Positions 9,348 to 20,387 of a DNA stretch of 64,000 bases are shown here, one piece after another. The translations under genes and the position numbers were made by a program. The stretch's first letter is position 1, and each line of letters begins with the position of its first letter. The stretch spans positions 992,001-1,056,000 of the forward strand of contig OZ025796.1 in assembly GCA_964019425.1 (NCBI GenBank), written 5' to 3'. Under the pieces are notes generated by a model that was given only the letters and a program-made list of their open reading frames with translations, was not told the DNA's origin and did not search any database. The stretch is from Flectonema sp. DT1601 (taxonomy: Eukaryota).

Positions 9348-11950
9348 TTACGTACGGAATCCTTGCATAAGTCGAGGTGCCTATTATTTTTATTGTTTTT
9401 TTATAAATTAATTACTCATTCGTATCTTTATTATAAAATACACATCATACCATTCCAGGGCTATCAATCGATTGGTCGGTTGCTGAAACTTGCATTTGAC
9501 TGAACAGGTCGGATGATAAGTTTCCAAATTGTCCAAGTGATTCAGGTTGTGCAGAAGTAGATGTGGAAGTGTAAACAGGAGGTTGCTGAAGTACTGGTAT
9601 TGGCTCAGATGTTGTCCCCGAAGCGTACTGTTGCTGTCCAACATAACTATCAACCTGACTAGATGGATTCACCATCGCAGATTGCGCTGCAAACTGTTGA
9701 AGCTGAGGTGCAATCCCTCCCATCCCTCCCTGTTGTCCCATCACATAAACTAATTGTTGACCAGGTGATGCATACTGTTGTGTTGGAGCTACTTGCTGTC
9801 CGAATGCGTATTGCGGATTTCCATTCTGTTTTATTGTTTGAATCTTTACCTTTGAAAAGACAACTCAGCAAAGGGATTACTAATACACACCTGTCCATTA
9901 ACGAGCATCACTGGCTGCATACCAGTTGCACCAGCGACCATCATCACCTGCTGTCCTTGTGGTTGTACAGTCTGTTGAGGATCGGGAACCTGTTTGTGAT
10001 GTTGAATAATAATATACATCGGGTCCAAGTAAACTTTCACAGGACTATTCGGGTCACGTAGCCTCTCAGTACTGTCGCCTTGGTTCAGAATTCACATACC
10101 GCAGCAAAAGCCGCTTGCTGGACGCCACCCGGTTGCATGAGAACAACCTGCTGACTAGGCCAGGCCTGAGTTTGTTGAATGTCAGTGCCCGTTACAGGAG
10201 TGCTGGCCGACTGCTGCTGTTGTTGCTGCTGTTGCTGTGATTGAGTGTGCGACGATAGAAGGCCCTGCTGTTGGTGAGGAAGCTGTTGGACTTGCCGCGC
10301 GGATGTCTGAAGAGAGGATGAAGAAGATGTCGAGGGTTGCTGAAGTACATGCTGCTGTTGTAGTTGCTGTTGTAACTGTATTTGTTGTTGCTGCCCCTGT
10401 TGCTGCTGCTGTTGTGACTGCCGTTGTTGTTGATGTTGTTGTTGTTGCTGCTGCTGATGCTGCTGCTGTTGTGGCTGCCGTTGTTGTTGCTGCTGCTGCT
10501 GCTGTTGTGGCTGCCGTTGTTGTTGATGTTGATGTTGCTGCTGCCGTTGTGGCTGCCGTTCCTGGAGCTGTTGGTGGAGGTGTTGTTGTTGTTGTTGCTG
10601 CTGCTGCTGCTGTCCCTGCTGCGGCTTCCGAAACTGAGATTGTGCCTCCGACTGCATCCATCCTGGGTAAGCACCCTGCCCCGTCCCAGAATCTTCTAAA
10701 TCTCTTTGTGATGAAGTCTCCGGTAGAACTAACTCTTTTCTGTTACCATTGGAAGTAATCCCTGAACTGAGGGTACCTGGAAAGGAGTCACTTTGTCTAT
10801 TTCCTAAACTCGAATCAAGCTCCTTATTGAAGGCGCTGTTGAAGATAGACGAAGTAGGGGCTGGTTTCCGGTTGTTACTCACACTAAGATTAGGGTACTT
10901 ATTTTGGTACTGATGTTGGCTGTTGTCATTGGGATTGTTGGAATCGAATAACTGAGAGCGGTTTGAATGAGAAGAAGAACCGTATGATGGTAATTGCTCA
11001 TCGTGGCTGTGTAGGGATTTAATACCGCCTGTATTCCAGGCGTTTACACGCTGTTGTTGTTGCTGATTTTGTGGACTAAATTGATTATTTGGTTTATATT
11101 CTCCACCACCACCGACACCACCACCACCACCTGAAGAATTATTCCAACCTGAGACATTACTCTCCGGAAGTGAACGGGGAACATGTGATTGTGTCACACT
11201 ACCCTGTCCCTGTCCAGTATTTAGAGATATGTTAGCACCACCACCACCACCACCACCACCACTATTATTGTTGTTATTGTTATGATTACTTCTGTATGAT
11301 GATTGCGGTGGTTGGGTTTGCTTTCCTCCTCCTTTCCCGCTTCCGGATGTGTATCCTCCCATAGAAGTATTTTTATTATAATTCGAAACTTGATTACCGC
11401 CTGTCCCTTCTTGACGAGATCCAAAAAAGTTTTGATTTGAAAGATGTGGATTAGGTGTAGGTGGTAGAGGTGGGTTAATAGGAGGCTGGTTATTCTTATT
11501 CTTCATCTCAGGGTAGTTATTTTGATTTCCTCGAGCAGGGATGGTACGCATGTCGTTGTACGTCTGTCCCCATTCAGCCCGACCGTCACTTGACTTGCCT
11601 CCCTTTCCTGCGAAAGTATTAGATTGAAAAGTGTCTGTGCCACCCTTCTTATCACCTCCTTTATCATTATCGATTCCCTTACTATCGCCCTTGTCTCCGG
11701 ATTTTCCTCCTTTGTTGCTACCTTTAGTATTTTTGCCCTTTCCTTTGTTGCCTTTGCCGTGTTGGTTTTGACTATTTGGATTACTATGATTATTATTATT
11801 ATTCGTTGAAACATTCTTACTTTTAACAGCTTTAGGTAGAGTAGTAGTGCTGACAGCACTCTCGGGTATGAGTAGCAAATCGTCTTTTTGAACTTGTGGC
11901 TGTGGGGGTTGCGGCTTTTGTGGGGGCCGGGGTATCGTTTCTTCGGTCAT
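9348..11950 (-). CDS. Low-complexity Q/N/G-rich (prion-like) protein; join(10100-11950, 9891-9989, 9451-9825, 9348-9380), ~785 aa
   Basis: Three phase-0 GT-AG introns link ORFs 10085-11998, 9846-10040 and 9445-9744 and a final exon APRLMQGFRT*; consistent Q/G/M-rich composition across exons. Confidence 0.75.
9381..9450 (-). other. GT-AG intron (70 nt, phase 0)
   Basis: ATG|GTATGATGTGTATTTT...AAAAAAACAATAAAAATAATAG|GCA. Confidence 0.6.
9826..9890 (-). other. GT-AG intron (65 nt, phase 0)
   Basis: CAG|GTGTGTATTAG...TTCAAACAATAAAACAG|AAT; restores the frame into ORF 9445-9744. Confidence 0.75.
9990..10099 (-). other. GT-AG intron (110 nt, phase 0)
   Basis: GCG|GTATGTGAATTC...TTCAACATCACAAACAG|GTT; restores the frame into ORF 9846-10040. 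Confidence 0.75.
10215..10620. repeat. Coding polyglutamine (CAG/CAA) tracts
   Basis: Runs of tgc/tgt on the plus strand encode long Q tracts on the minus strand. Confidence 0.9.
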
Positions 11951-12222
11951 TGTTGTGATGCGACCTACTGTGGAATAAGATAATCGAAAAATCAACAAAC
12001 CTTAACAAATAAAAATAGCCATTCATCTTCAATGGATATCGTGACTGTAAGAGAATACGTAAAATGGTAGTTACAATGTACTATAAAGAAAAAGCCATTA
12101 TCTCAAGCAGAAACCTGAAATAAATTGTTTTTTTTTTATTTATTTTCATTTTTTCGTGGAAAATATTCTACTTTAGAAGTGTAAATGACTTGGACCATTC
12201 CAAAGAATCTATCTTTTGTTAT

Positions 12223-15200
12223 TCACTTGGTAGCCGCATATGATCTTCGCATTGATCGTTCCTTCAGCTGTTTGATGGTCTTCTCCATGATGTGAGGAGC
12301 CGTACGCCTCAGTCTATCAATATCTACTGGTGGGAGTTGTGCTGCTGGAAGATTAACTGCTTTCGGTCGTCTAGAACTCTGATTGGGTTTTGGTCTAATT
12401 GCTGTTGATGATTCCCACTTACTCTGAGTCGGTGGAGTCACTTGAGGCTGAGTCTTAAATACTAAATCAAAAGGCAACTGTGAAACGATTGCTGGAGCAG
12501 CTACTACAGGAATTATGTTATTTAATACAGGTAAACTAACAGAATGAATATCTTGAGTAGGATGACTGTTTACAGATTGCTGTTCTTCTTGTCTGTTTAC
12601 ACCCCAAACCCAATTCACATCAGCTACTGGGTTAGAATCGTTTATGATACGTAGCTTTGATAACATGCCTGTTTCTAATTTTATTTTAGGTCTGCGAGGT
12701 GACTTTGGTAGCATCTTTGAAGCAGGCATTCCTTTACTTAAGAACAACCTGTTACGAGCATGAAGTAGTACAGGTACGTCATCAAACTGACTGATGAAAT
12801 CGACCACCAAATCGGATGTGGTTGGAGTCTTTGGTATTGGTTGTGATTGAGTTTCGTTTACAACATTCACAACGGGGAATGACTTCTTAGTTTCAGACGG
12901 TATGAAATCAACATTAGGATGAGTACTACTAGTGATACCATCGACTGATGAAGATACCGAACAAGGGACAGGTAGAACTGTTGTGAAGCTGACTGACATC
13001 CCACGAGTTCCTTTTATTTTATAACATTCACTTGATGACAATCTCCTCACTCCCGATTCTACATTAGGTGAAATCGATTCATCGTGAGGCTCACTGTTGT
13101 CGCTGTTATTTTCTTCCTCCCATTCAACATCACACTCATCGTTGTGTAAGGACTCTTCATTAGATGTTGAGTTAGATAAAAGTGTTAACGTAATCTTATT
13201 AACTTCTTCTTTATCTTTATCGACTACCAGATTCACAATTTCAGGAGGAGTTGGAGTCTCTGCCGGAGACACGGAAGCGAACTTGCTCTCATTTGGAGTG
13301 GTTTGCCGGCCATTAATACTATGATCACCGTCATTTACATCCCAAACAGGACTATTTACTTCTATTGTTTGGATAGGGCTGTCGCTGTTGTTGGTGTTGT
13401 CGTTGTTGTCACATAGTAAGCTCTCACCTGATAGTTGATGTGCAATCTTTTTTAGATCTCTTCCGAATGTTCCTCCTCGCATTATACTAACACGACTTGC
13501 TCTGTGATGATTACCTGATACAGATGTTGATAACAATGGCATCAGAGTTAATTTATCAGAGAGGTTCTTACTTATAGACATAGACATCACCTCAGGCTCT
13601 GTATGTGTTATTTTAGAGTCAGATGCCTCAGCTGCTGACAATCGTTCTTCGGCCTCGGAGTTGTCCGATCCACTGCTGTCAGCATTCTCAGCAAAACCAG
13701 ATTTTCTAAACGAGTCAGCTGTCAACATTAAGGAACCTTTCAATGGAAGAACTCGACCACCATCTTCTTTTGGAATCGATTCAAATGTTACGAACTTACT
13801 TTCAGAATGTTGTCTTTCAATACTTTGAGGACGAGGTGCCGCACTGAGTTTACGACCGACAGCTGGAACAGATTTATGTTTCCGATTGAATATTGAATTC
13901 TTTGCTATTTTAGGAACTGAAGGAGAATGTGATTTCTTCACTCCAGAACTCAAATCAGTTGTTTCTCGTCTGGCTGTTGGGTTTGGTGACACAGATCTCC
14001 GACCTCTGCCAGAACGTGATTGCCTCTTTAATTTTTCTGTTGATGCAGGTCGAGTTGGTACTCTAGTATTAGGTAAGCTAACAGTTGTTCTGTTTGGATT
14101 AGAACTTCGTTGACCATCTTGACGTCTGGTAACTCGATTCCTATCCTTCACTACGGTATCTCGTAAAACTTGAGGAGCAAAACTTGGAGCTCGTCTTGAA
14201 CGAATCCCAGTAATGACAGCTGAGGCTACTACTTTAGCTGAAGGGAATTTCTTTGGAGGAGAAGTAGGTTGTATTTCAACATCGCAGGGACTCTGAGGTT
14301 TTCGAACAACTCCGGCAACGGATTCTAACAAACGACGAGCGTGTGATCTCAACTCTTCCTCACGTCTTTCTGATTGGTGTTCAACTCTTTTGAGTTCTCG
14401 ATCGAGTTTTTGTTTTGTATTTTCACGATCTTGTTTTCCCTTCTTCTTAGTCGTTGGCGGGCTGTACTGATGCTTTACTACAGTCTCGATTAGCTTTCCA
14501 CAATTATCACTTGGTCGTTCCAAAGCACCTATCTCAAGGGGAGAGTATATTTTACAATTCGTAAACGTTGATTGACAACCCGGTTCTAAGACTACTCCGT
14601 TGAGAGAATTATCAAAAATAGTACAACCGTTGAAGTCACCAAAAGAGTCAGGGAAGACTCTCACTCCAACTCTAGCATCGGATATATTACAATCGATTAT
14701 ATCGGGACAAGCTCCTTTTTCAATCCAGATACCAACACCTTGTACACATATGAAACAGTTTATAATCTTACCTGTGGTTTCCTTACCAGATATGAGTATT
14801 CCTCGTTCTTGTGCTTCGAACTGGCAGCGTGATGCGACTAACTTTCCTCCCTTGAGGATTTCGATGCCTACTTTACCTCCAACGAACTTGTTGTCTCTAA
14901 TTTCACCAATACCTTGGTGTTTACAGGTAACTGATTTAGAGCATCCCCAAAAGGTGTTGTCAGCCACGATAGGATCTCCGCCTGTTGTGATTTCAATAGC
15001 GCTGCAACCATCGCTAATTCTGGAGAAAGTGTTTGTTTGAATGACTCCGCGACCGTTGTTCTCAATGAGGAGACCAGTTCCAGAGATGTGACTTCCAATG
15101 ATTGTTGGACATGCTCCTGTTTGAATAACAAACAATCCTGAAATAGAACAATTCATGAATGTCCCTCCACCATCATCAGAACACTGAACTGACTTCACAC

Positions 15201-18200
15201 CTGAGAATAAATTATCTCTAAATATCGTCTGTGCTTTGTGTCGGGTTCTCACATCAACTTCATTTTCTTTAAAACAATTATTCGCAACTAAACCGTTGCC
15301 TCCGTTGGTTGCGATGATTGCCGTGTTGGTATTCCTTTTAAATATATTTTCAGTTACCTGCGTGTCACCTCCTTCTTGAATCTGAACACCAACTATATTA
15401 TCCGCAATTACATTCATGTGAATTGCCCCTCTAGCCTCTTCCGTTATGCTAATTGCACATACAGCAGTGTGGCGTATAAATACATTGCGCTCCAATAGCA
15501 GTTTGGTTTTGGTTTTTAATAAAACTCCTGCCTTATGATTTGCTGTAAACGTGTTTAGCATGGCTTTTCCTTTTGAACGAGAATGAGCAATAATCCCGTA
15601 TTCGTTGTCATTGAAGGTGTTATTTTCAATTAAAGGGTTAGTCTCTTCATCTTTAATTACGATACCTGTGTCACTGTTTTCAAAAAGGTTTCCTTCACAG
15701 TGGCCTGTCGACTCGTCTTCGAATATGATGCCACATAATTCCGCTATAAAAACATTTTTTGACAGGGTTGGCTTTCCTGAATGATGAACAAACAGACCTG
15801 ACTGCGTACTTCGAGTAAAAGTATTCTCTATTATGGTTGGAGATGCTTCATTTTCTACGGTGATACCGATTTTGCATCCTCTAAAGATATTCGCAGAGAT
15901 TGATACTGTTGTTTCTGGTTGTGTAATTCTGATTCCACAACTGAGTTCCTCAAATGTATTAGTATCGAATTGACCAAATCCACCTTTAATAACAATACCT
16001 TCACCCCTTCCGTTGTATTGATTATTGCAGACAATCGGTGCTGCTCCTTCCCATACTTCACAACTAATGTCGTTGTTTGTAAAAATATTATGTTGGATAT
16101 CACCAGACGCGTCGTCAGTAAACCGAATACCAAATAAGTTTTCAACAAATTTATTCGAAGCAACAACCGGTGCTGCCGCAGTAGATAATTGCATTCCACG
16201 TTCATTATCATAAATACTGTTATTTAGAATCTGACCAAGGCTTCCATCTAAGAAATCAATCCCTATTCGCTCATTGAAAATCATATTTGCATCAAGCAAC
16301 GGATCACTTCTGGCACGCAATAATACCCCACATAGAGTGTTGTCTGATATGCTATTACGAATAAACGTACCTTTTCCACATTCTATTATTTCGATACCGC
16401 ATTTATTCTTTGTCATTCGGTTGTCTGTGATGGTTGGATCGGCATCGGTAGAAATAAAAACACCTGAATGACCATTTCCACACATTGTATTATTAGTAAT
16501 CAACCCCAAGGCTCCATCCATAATGTGAATACCATGCTCGTTGTTATCTATTAGTTTGTTGTTTGTTATTTTTGGTTTTGAGTTTTGTCCAATTTGAATT
16601 CCTGATTTGAAATTATTCAAAAAACGGTTTTCTGTGTATGTTCCAAAGCCTCCATTTCTTATGATTAATCCGCTTCCGGTTGGATTGCTGGAGAGTTCAC
16701 AATCTGTAACATAAGGATCACCTCCATTCATTACAGAGAGGTGGATATCATTTTTCAAAAATATGTTTGAAGTGAATGTTCCTTTTCCTTTGTCGGTTAC
16801 CTCAATCCCCAAAAGGCTTCTCTCAATCGTGTTTGAGGTTACTTCCGGATCTGCTGAAGTGATCACACGGAAATTAGCAACAGAGTGAGTGTGGATATGA
16901 TTTTTTGTAAATATGCCACAGCCTTCGTTTCTACACAACACACCCAACGGAGCCGTGTGGATGTTGTTTCCTTCTATTATAACGTGGCCATAGTTTTCAA
17001 CAAGAACATTCACCATTGCGCTTTCACATATTTCGTTTTTGTGAAATTCTGCGTCGCCGAGTTTTTTCCTGTCTAGACTAGATCGGATCCCCCAAGTGTT
17101 GGATTTTATTATATTTTGTGTAAAACGAGCCTCTCCAGTTGCGCCTTCAACAGAAACACCAACAGCACTACTTGAAAAAACGTTTTTAAAATATGATCCT
17201 TTCCCTCCTTCATTGATTAAGGCAGCGGTTTCAGATGCTCCTGAGAATTCGTTTTCCGACACCCTCGGATTTGACCCACTCGAAGAAGAAATGGCAATCG
17301 GATTGTTAGATAAAATATTTGACGTTATAACAGGGGACGAATTATCAACGCATTTAATACCTGTTCCACAGATGTTGATAAGGCTATTTTTGATCTCAGG
17401 AGAAGCACCGTCGGAAGTGTGAATAGCGCAGTCATCTGATGAGACTATGGTACTTGATGTTATTGAGGGTGACGTGCCTTCTCCTGAAATTTGTAATGCG
17501 CGTTTTGCTCTGTCAAATTTACAATTCGATATTAAGGTTGTCGCACCGCCTGTTAACTCACAACCAAGATCGATTCCTTGAAAACTGCAATTTCGAAAAC
17601 GTCCTTTTCCATTTTCCTTAACAATCACACCTGAAATCATGTGAGCCCCAAATTCACATCTCAGGATTTTCGGATTCGTATTTTCACCAACAATAGTAAC
17701 TCCTCTCGGAGAGTGTTGAAAAAAGTTTTTTTCAAAAGTTCCCTGAGCGCCATCTTCAGCTAATAAACTATCACCAGCCTCACACGACACCAGCGTGTTC
17801 TTCCTCACGACTGGATTTGACAGAGATCCCGACACACAAATATTAGTGAACCTATTACAGTCAAGGTAATTATCAAGATATGTTCCTAGTCCATTTACTA
17901 TTAAGAGTCCGTGCTGAGGATTCTTTTCAAGTCGGTTTCGTGTGCAGGTTGGGTCGGCCGACTGATCAACTTTCATTCCCGCAGTTCGGTTCTCACGGAT
18001 TGTGTTTTTGTGATATTTGCCTTGAGAAAAGTCTGTTATGTGAATTCCTATTGAGGTGCAGTAGCCTACGAAATTTCCGACTACTTCGGGCTTTGAACTT
18101 CCCGTAACAGCCAATCCAATGTTACAAGACTCAATACGATTATCACTGTACACACCAAGACCATTCTTTGCTATGATGATTCCTTCTTTAGCGCATTCTG

Positions 18201-19518
18201 TGATAGTGTTCTGAGTAAATGTTGGATTTGATTTCTTAAAAGCAGCGATTCCAGTTGACGCATTCTCAATTGTATTTCCAGTGTAGGTTCCTCTAGCTTC
18301 GTTTACTACAGCGATTGCTTGCATGCCAGCGTTGAGAATTGTGTTGTTGGATACTACTGGATCTGCTTTAGATGACATGACCATGATTGTTGGGCCGCTG
18401 GACATATCGAAAGTGTTGTTGCTGTAGATTCCACAGGAATTGTCGATTCGTAAAGCAACTTTTGCGACTCTTAGAATAGTGTTGTTACTAACTACTGGAC
18501 ATGCTTGTTGTCTTACTAGTATTCCATGACCACCTGTAGGTGAACCAGTTATGGTATTCCATTCAACGATTGGATTGCTTGAAGATATTGTGATAGCGCT
18601 ACCTTGACAATCACAAAATCGATTCGTACTAACATTAGGAGTACCAGCTTCTATAACTATTCCAGTTGTTTGTTGTTTTGAAAATAAATTATCCTCCACA
18701 ACAATATTATCTGCTGAAGTAACCATTCCAATATTTCCAGACATAAATGAGTTATCTGTAAACAAGATATGACAACTGCCGTCATCAACAACGACTGACG
18801 TCCTTTCCATAAATCTTTTTGACGTTACCTTGGTATGATCATTAAAAGTGTTTCTATTTATCGTTAGCGTCTCTCCCTCAATCACAGAATGATCAGCTGT
18901 TCCGATGTGGAATATTCCTTTGCCTCGTCGTTCCATTTTATGAGGATTTGGTTCAGGACAAAGCATGTTGTTGTCTTCGAAAACAGTGTTGCCGCAGTTA
19001 CTGACGTCGACGCACCAAAGCTCATGTGAGAATATTTGATTTTTGATAAATGTACCTCCGCATTTATTACGAAGGCGAATACCGGAAGTTGTCATCGAAC
19101 CGGAAATTTCGTTTCGTTCGATGTGAGGAGTTGCTGTTCCTGTCACTAAGACGGATGAGAATTTACAATTCGTAATAATTGGTGATCCTTCAGCTATACT
19201 AACGCAAGGACAGTCTTTGTTTCTGTCATTTTGAACCATTTCCAAACCTGAAATGAAACATTTATCAGTCCCCGTTATCGTCAAGACAGTACCTCTAAAT
19301 ATAACGTCTGGTGTCTCTCCCTCACATGCGACGAGTTCTATTTCTTTATTTACGATGATTGATTCCGTGTATCTACCAGATGACACTTCTATTCGATCTC
19401 CTTTATTAGCTTGTAAGATAGCGTCGTTTACATTCATCCAGGCGCCTAACCTTGCACCGACATAGTGAACTTTTACTGTTCTTTTTTGCCATTCGCTGTA
19501 TACCTCACCAGTTTCCAT
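12223..19518 (-). CDS. Giant right-handed parallel beta-helix (PbH1/CASH-like, FBXO11-like repeats) protein, ~2430 aa, disordered C-terminal third
   Basis: INDAI..A.KGDRIEV..G.Y.ESI-type entry motif, then alternating 'P.I..N.I' and 'G.G.F..N.F' ~23-aa turns for ~1650 aa; first ATG at 19518. Confidence 0.85.
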   Translation of the reverse strand: METGEVYSEWQKRTVKVHYVGARLGAWMNVNDAILQANKGDRIEVSSGRYTESIIVNKEIELVACEGETPDVIFRGTVLTITGTDKCFISGLEMVQNDRNKDCPCVSIAEGSPIITNCKFSSVLVTGTATPHIERNEISGSMTTSGIRLRNKCGGTFIKNQIFSHELWCVDVSNCGNTVFEDNNMLCPEPNPHKMERRGKGIFHIGTADHSVIEGETLTINRNTFNDHTKVTSKRFMERTSVVVDDGSCHILFTDNSFMSGNIGMVTSADNIVVEDNLFSKQQTTGIVIEAGTPNVSTNRFCDCQGSAITISSSNPIVEWNTITGSPTGGHGILVRQQACPVVSNNTILRVAKVALRIDNSCGIYSNNTFDMSSGPTIMVMSSKADPVVSNNTILNAGMQAIAVVNEARGTYTGNTIENASTGIAAFKKSNPTFTQNTITECAKEGIIIAKNGLGVYSDNRIESCNIGLAVTGSSKPEVVGNFVGYCTSIGIHITDFSQGKYHKNTIRENRTAGMKVDQSADPTCTRNRLEKNPQHGLLIVNGLGTYLDNYLDCNRFTNICVSGSLSNPVVRKNTLVSCEAGDSLLAEDGAQGTFEKNFFQHSPRGVTIVGENTNPKILRCEFGAHMISGVIVKENGKGRFRNCSFQGIDLGCELTGGATTLISNCKFDRAKRALQISGEGTSPSITSSTIVSSDDCAIHTSDGASPEIKNSLINICGTGIKCVDNSSPVITSNILSNNPIAISSSSGSNPRVSENEFSGASETAALINEGGKGSYFKNVFSSSAVGVSVEGATGEARFTQNIIKSNTWGIRSSLDRKKLGDAEFHKNEICESAMVNVLVENYGHVIIEGNNIHTAPLGVLCRNEGCGIFTKNHIHTHSVANFRVITSADPEVTSNTIERSLLGIEVTDKGKGTFTSNIFLKNDIHLSVMNGGDPYVTDCELSSNPTGSGLIIRNGGFGTYTENRFLNNFKSGIQIGQNSKPKITNNKLIDNNEHGIHIMDGALGLITNNTMCGNGHSGVFISTDADPTITDNRMTKNKCGIEIIECGKGTFIRNSISDNTLCGVLLRARSDPLLDANMIFNERIGIDFLDGSLGQILNNSIYDNERGMQLSTAAAPVVASNKFVENLFGIRFTDDASGDIQHNIFTNNDISCEVWEGAAPIVCNNQYNGRGEGIVIKGGFGQFDTNTFEELSCGIRITQPETTVSISANIFRGCKIGITVENEASPTIIENTFTRSTQSGLFVHHSGKPTLSKNVFIAELCGIIFEDESTGHCEGNLFENSDTGIVIKDEETNPLIENNTFNDNEYGIIAHSRSKGKAMLNTFTANHKAGVLLKTKTKLLLERNVFIRHTAVCAISITEEARGAIHMNVIADNIVGVQIQEGGDTQVTENIFKRNTNTAIIATNGGNGLVANNCFKENEVDVRTRHKAQTIFRDNLFSGVKSVQCSDDGGGTFMNCSISGLFVIQTGACPTIIGSHISGTGLLIENNGRGVIQTNTFSRISDGCSAIEITTGGDPIVADNTFWGCSKSVTCKHQGIGEIRDNKFVGGKVGIEILKGGKLVASRCQFEAQERGILISGKETTGKIINCFICVQGVGIWIEKGACPDIIDCNISDARVGVRVFPDSFGDFNGCTIFDNSLNGVVLEPGCQSTFTNCKIYSPLEIGALERPSDNCGKLIETVVKHQYSPPTTKKKGKQDRENTKQKLDRELKRVEHQSERREEELRSHARRLLESVAGVVRKPQSPCDVEIQPTSPPKKFPSAKVVASAVITGIRSRRAPSFAPQVLRDTVVKDRNRVTRRQDGQRSSNPNRTTVSLPNTRVPTRPASTEKLKRQSRSGRGRRSVSPNPTARRETTDLSSGVKKSHSPSVPKIAKNSIFNRKHKSVPAVGRKLSAAPRPQSIERQHSESKFVTFESIPKEDGGRVLPLKGSLMLTADSFRKSGFAENADSSGSDNSEAEERLSAAEASDSKITHTEPEVMSMSISKNLSDKLTLMPLLSTSVSGNHHRASRVSIMRGGTFGRDLKKIAHQLSGESLLCDNNDNTNNSDSPIQTIEVNSPVWDVNDGDHSINGRQTTPNESKFASVSPAETPTPPEIVNLVVDKDKEEVNKITLTLLSNSTSNEESLHNDECDVEWEEENNSDNSEPHDESISPNVESGVRRLSSSECYKIKGTRGMSVSFTTVLPVPCSVSSSVDGITSSTHPNVDFIPSETKKSFPVVNVVNETQSQPIPKTPTTSDLVVDFISQFDDVPVLLHARNRLFLSKGMPASKMLPKSPRRPKIKLETGMLSKLRIINDSNPVADVNWVWGVNRQEEQQSVNSHPTQDIHSVSLPVLNNIIPVVAAPAIVSQLPFDLVFKTQPQVTPPTQSKWESSTAIRPKPNQSSRRPKAVNLPAAQLPPVDIDRLRRTAPHIMEKTIKQLKERSMRRSYAATK

Positions 19519-19632
19519 AATGCTAATTCCGTGATACAATCATATCGTGTAGTGGTTTAAAAGATCTGTTTAGTGGGAGTGAAAAAGATAAATAAATAAA
19601 AAAACACAATACAAAACTTCATTCTAATCTGC

Positions 19633-20247
19633 CTACAGAGACTTGAATTTTGGCTCGGCAGGGTATTGGTCACGAATCTTAAATGCATGTGCGAAAAAAG
19701 AATCTTTATAATACTGCTCGAATGCGGAAGACGTTATAAGAGATTCGTTTCCGAGTGAACCCTTTCGAGCGATATCAGGGAATAGTTGTCCGTTTAGATG
19801 TGACAACTCATGTTGTAATGTTCCAGCTATGTGACCTTCAGCTTCAACTTGAAATGGGTTTCCGTTGATGTCGAACGCGTTTACTCTGACTCGGGCAAAT
19901 CGTTCGACTTGTCCGCGAAAGCCAGGAACAGATAGACATCCTTCCCAGAGTTCTATTTTATCATCACCCATTACCTCTATTTCAGGATTAACAAATACTG
20001 TTAATGGAAACTTTGGTTTATAAGGGTATCTCGGATTATCACCAGTTCCATAAGCGATAAAAACCCTTTCATTTTCTCCAATTTGGTTCGCAGCTATTCC
20101 AGCTCCGTTTGCCTTCTTCATAGCGGTGATCATGTCGTCTACCAATTGCTTCAGATAATTATTATCATTCTTAAAGTGGGATTCATCTACAGACTTGCAG
20201 ACAGTTCGTAGACACGGATCTCCTAGTTCTCGTAGAACTCTTTTCAT
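19633..20247 (-). CDS. def: Peptide deformylase
   Basis: All three PDF motifs: GAGIAANQIG, EGCLSVPG, QHELSHLNG; NPRYP insertion. Confidence 0.93.
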   Translation of the reverse strand: MKRVLRELGDPCLRTVCKSVDESHFKNDNNYLKQLVDDMITAMKKANGAGIAANQIGENERVFIAYGTGDNPRYPYKPKFPLTVFVNPEIEVMGDDKIELWEGCLSVPGFRGQVERFARVRVNAFDINGNPFQVEAEGHIAGTLQHELSHLNGQLFPDIARKGSLGNESLITSSAFEQYYKDSFFAHAFKIRDQYPAEPKFKSL

Positions 20248-20387
20248 CTTTTAGTTGCTGTGAAATGTGTAATATAAATCATTATAGTGAAGTACTTTTA
20301 TTGGAGAAGAGATATCTTTCAACAAACATGAAAATGTTAGCGAGTGAAATACTAAAATCAACTTATCTGATCCTAAAGATTAAGTCT

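Noticed and set aside
10182..10758. Alternative-frame and antisense ORFs (poly-A/T, S/N, V/A, L) over the poly-Q region
   Set aside because: Shadows of the CAG/CAA repeat, which lacks stops in other frames.
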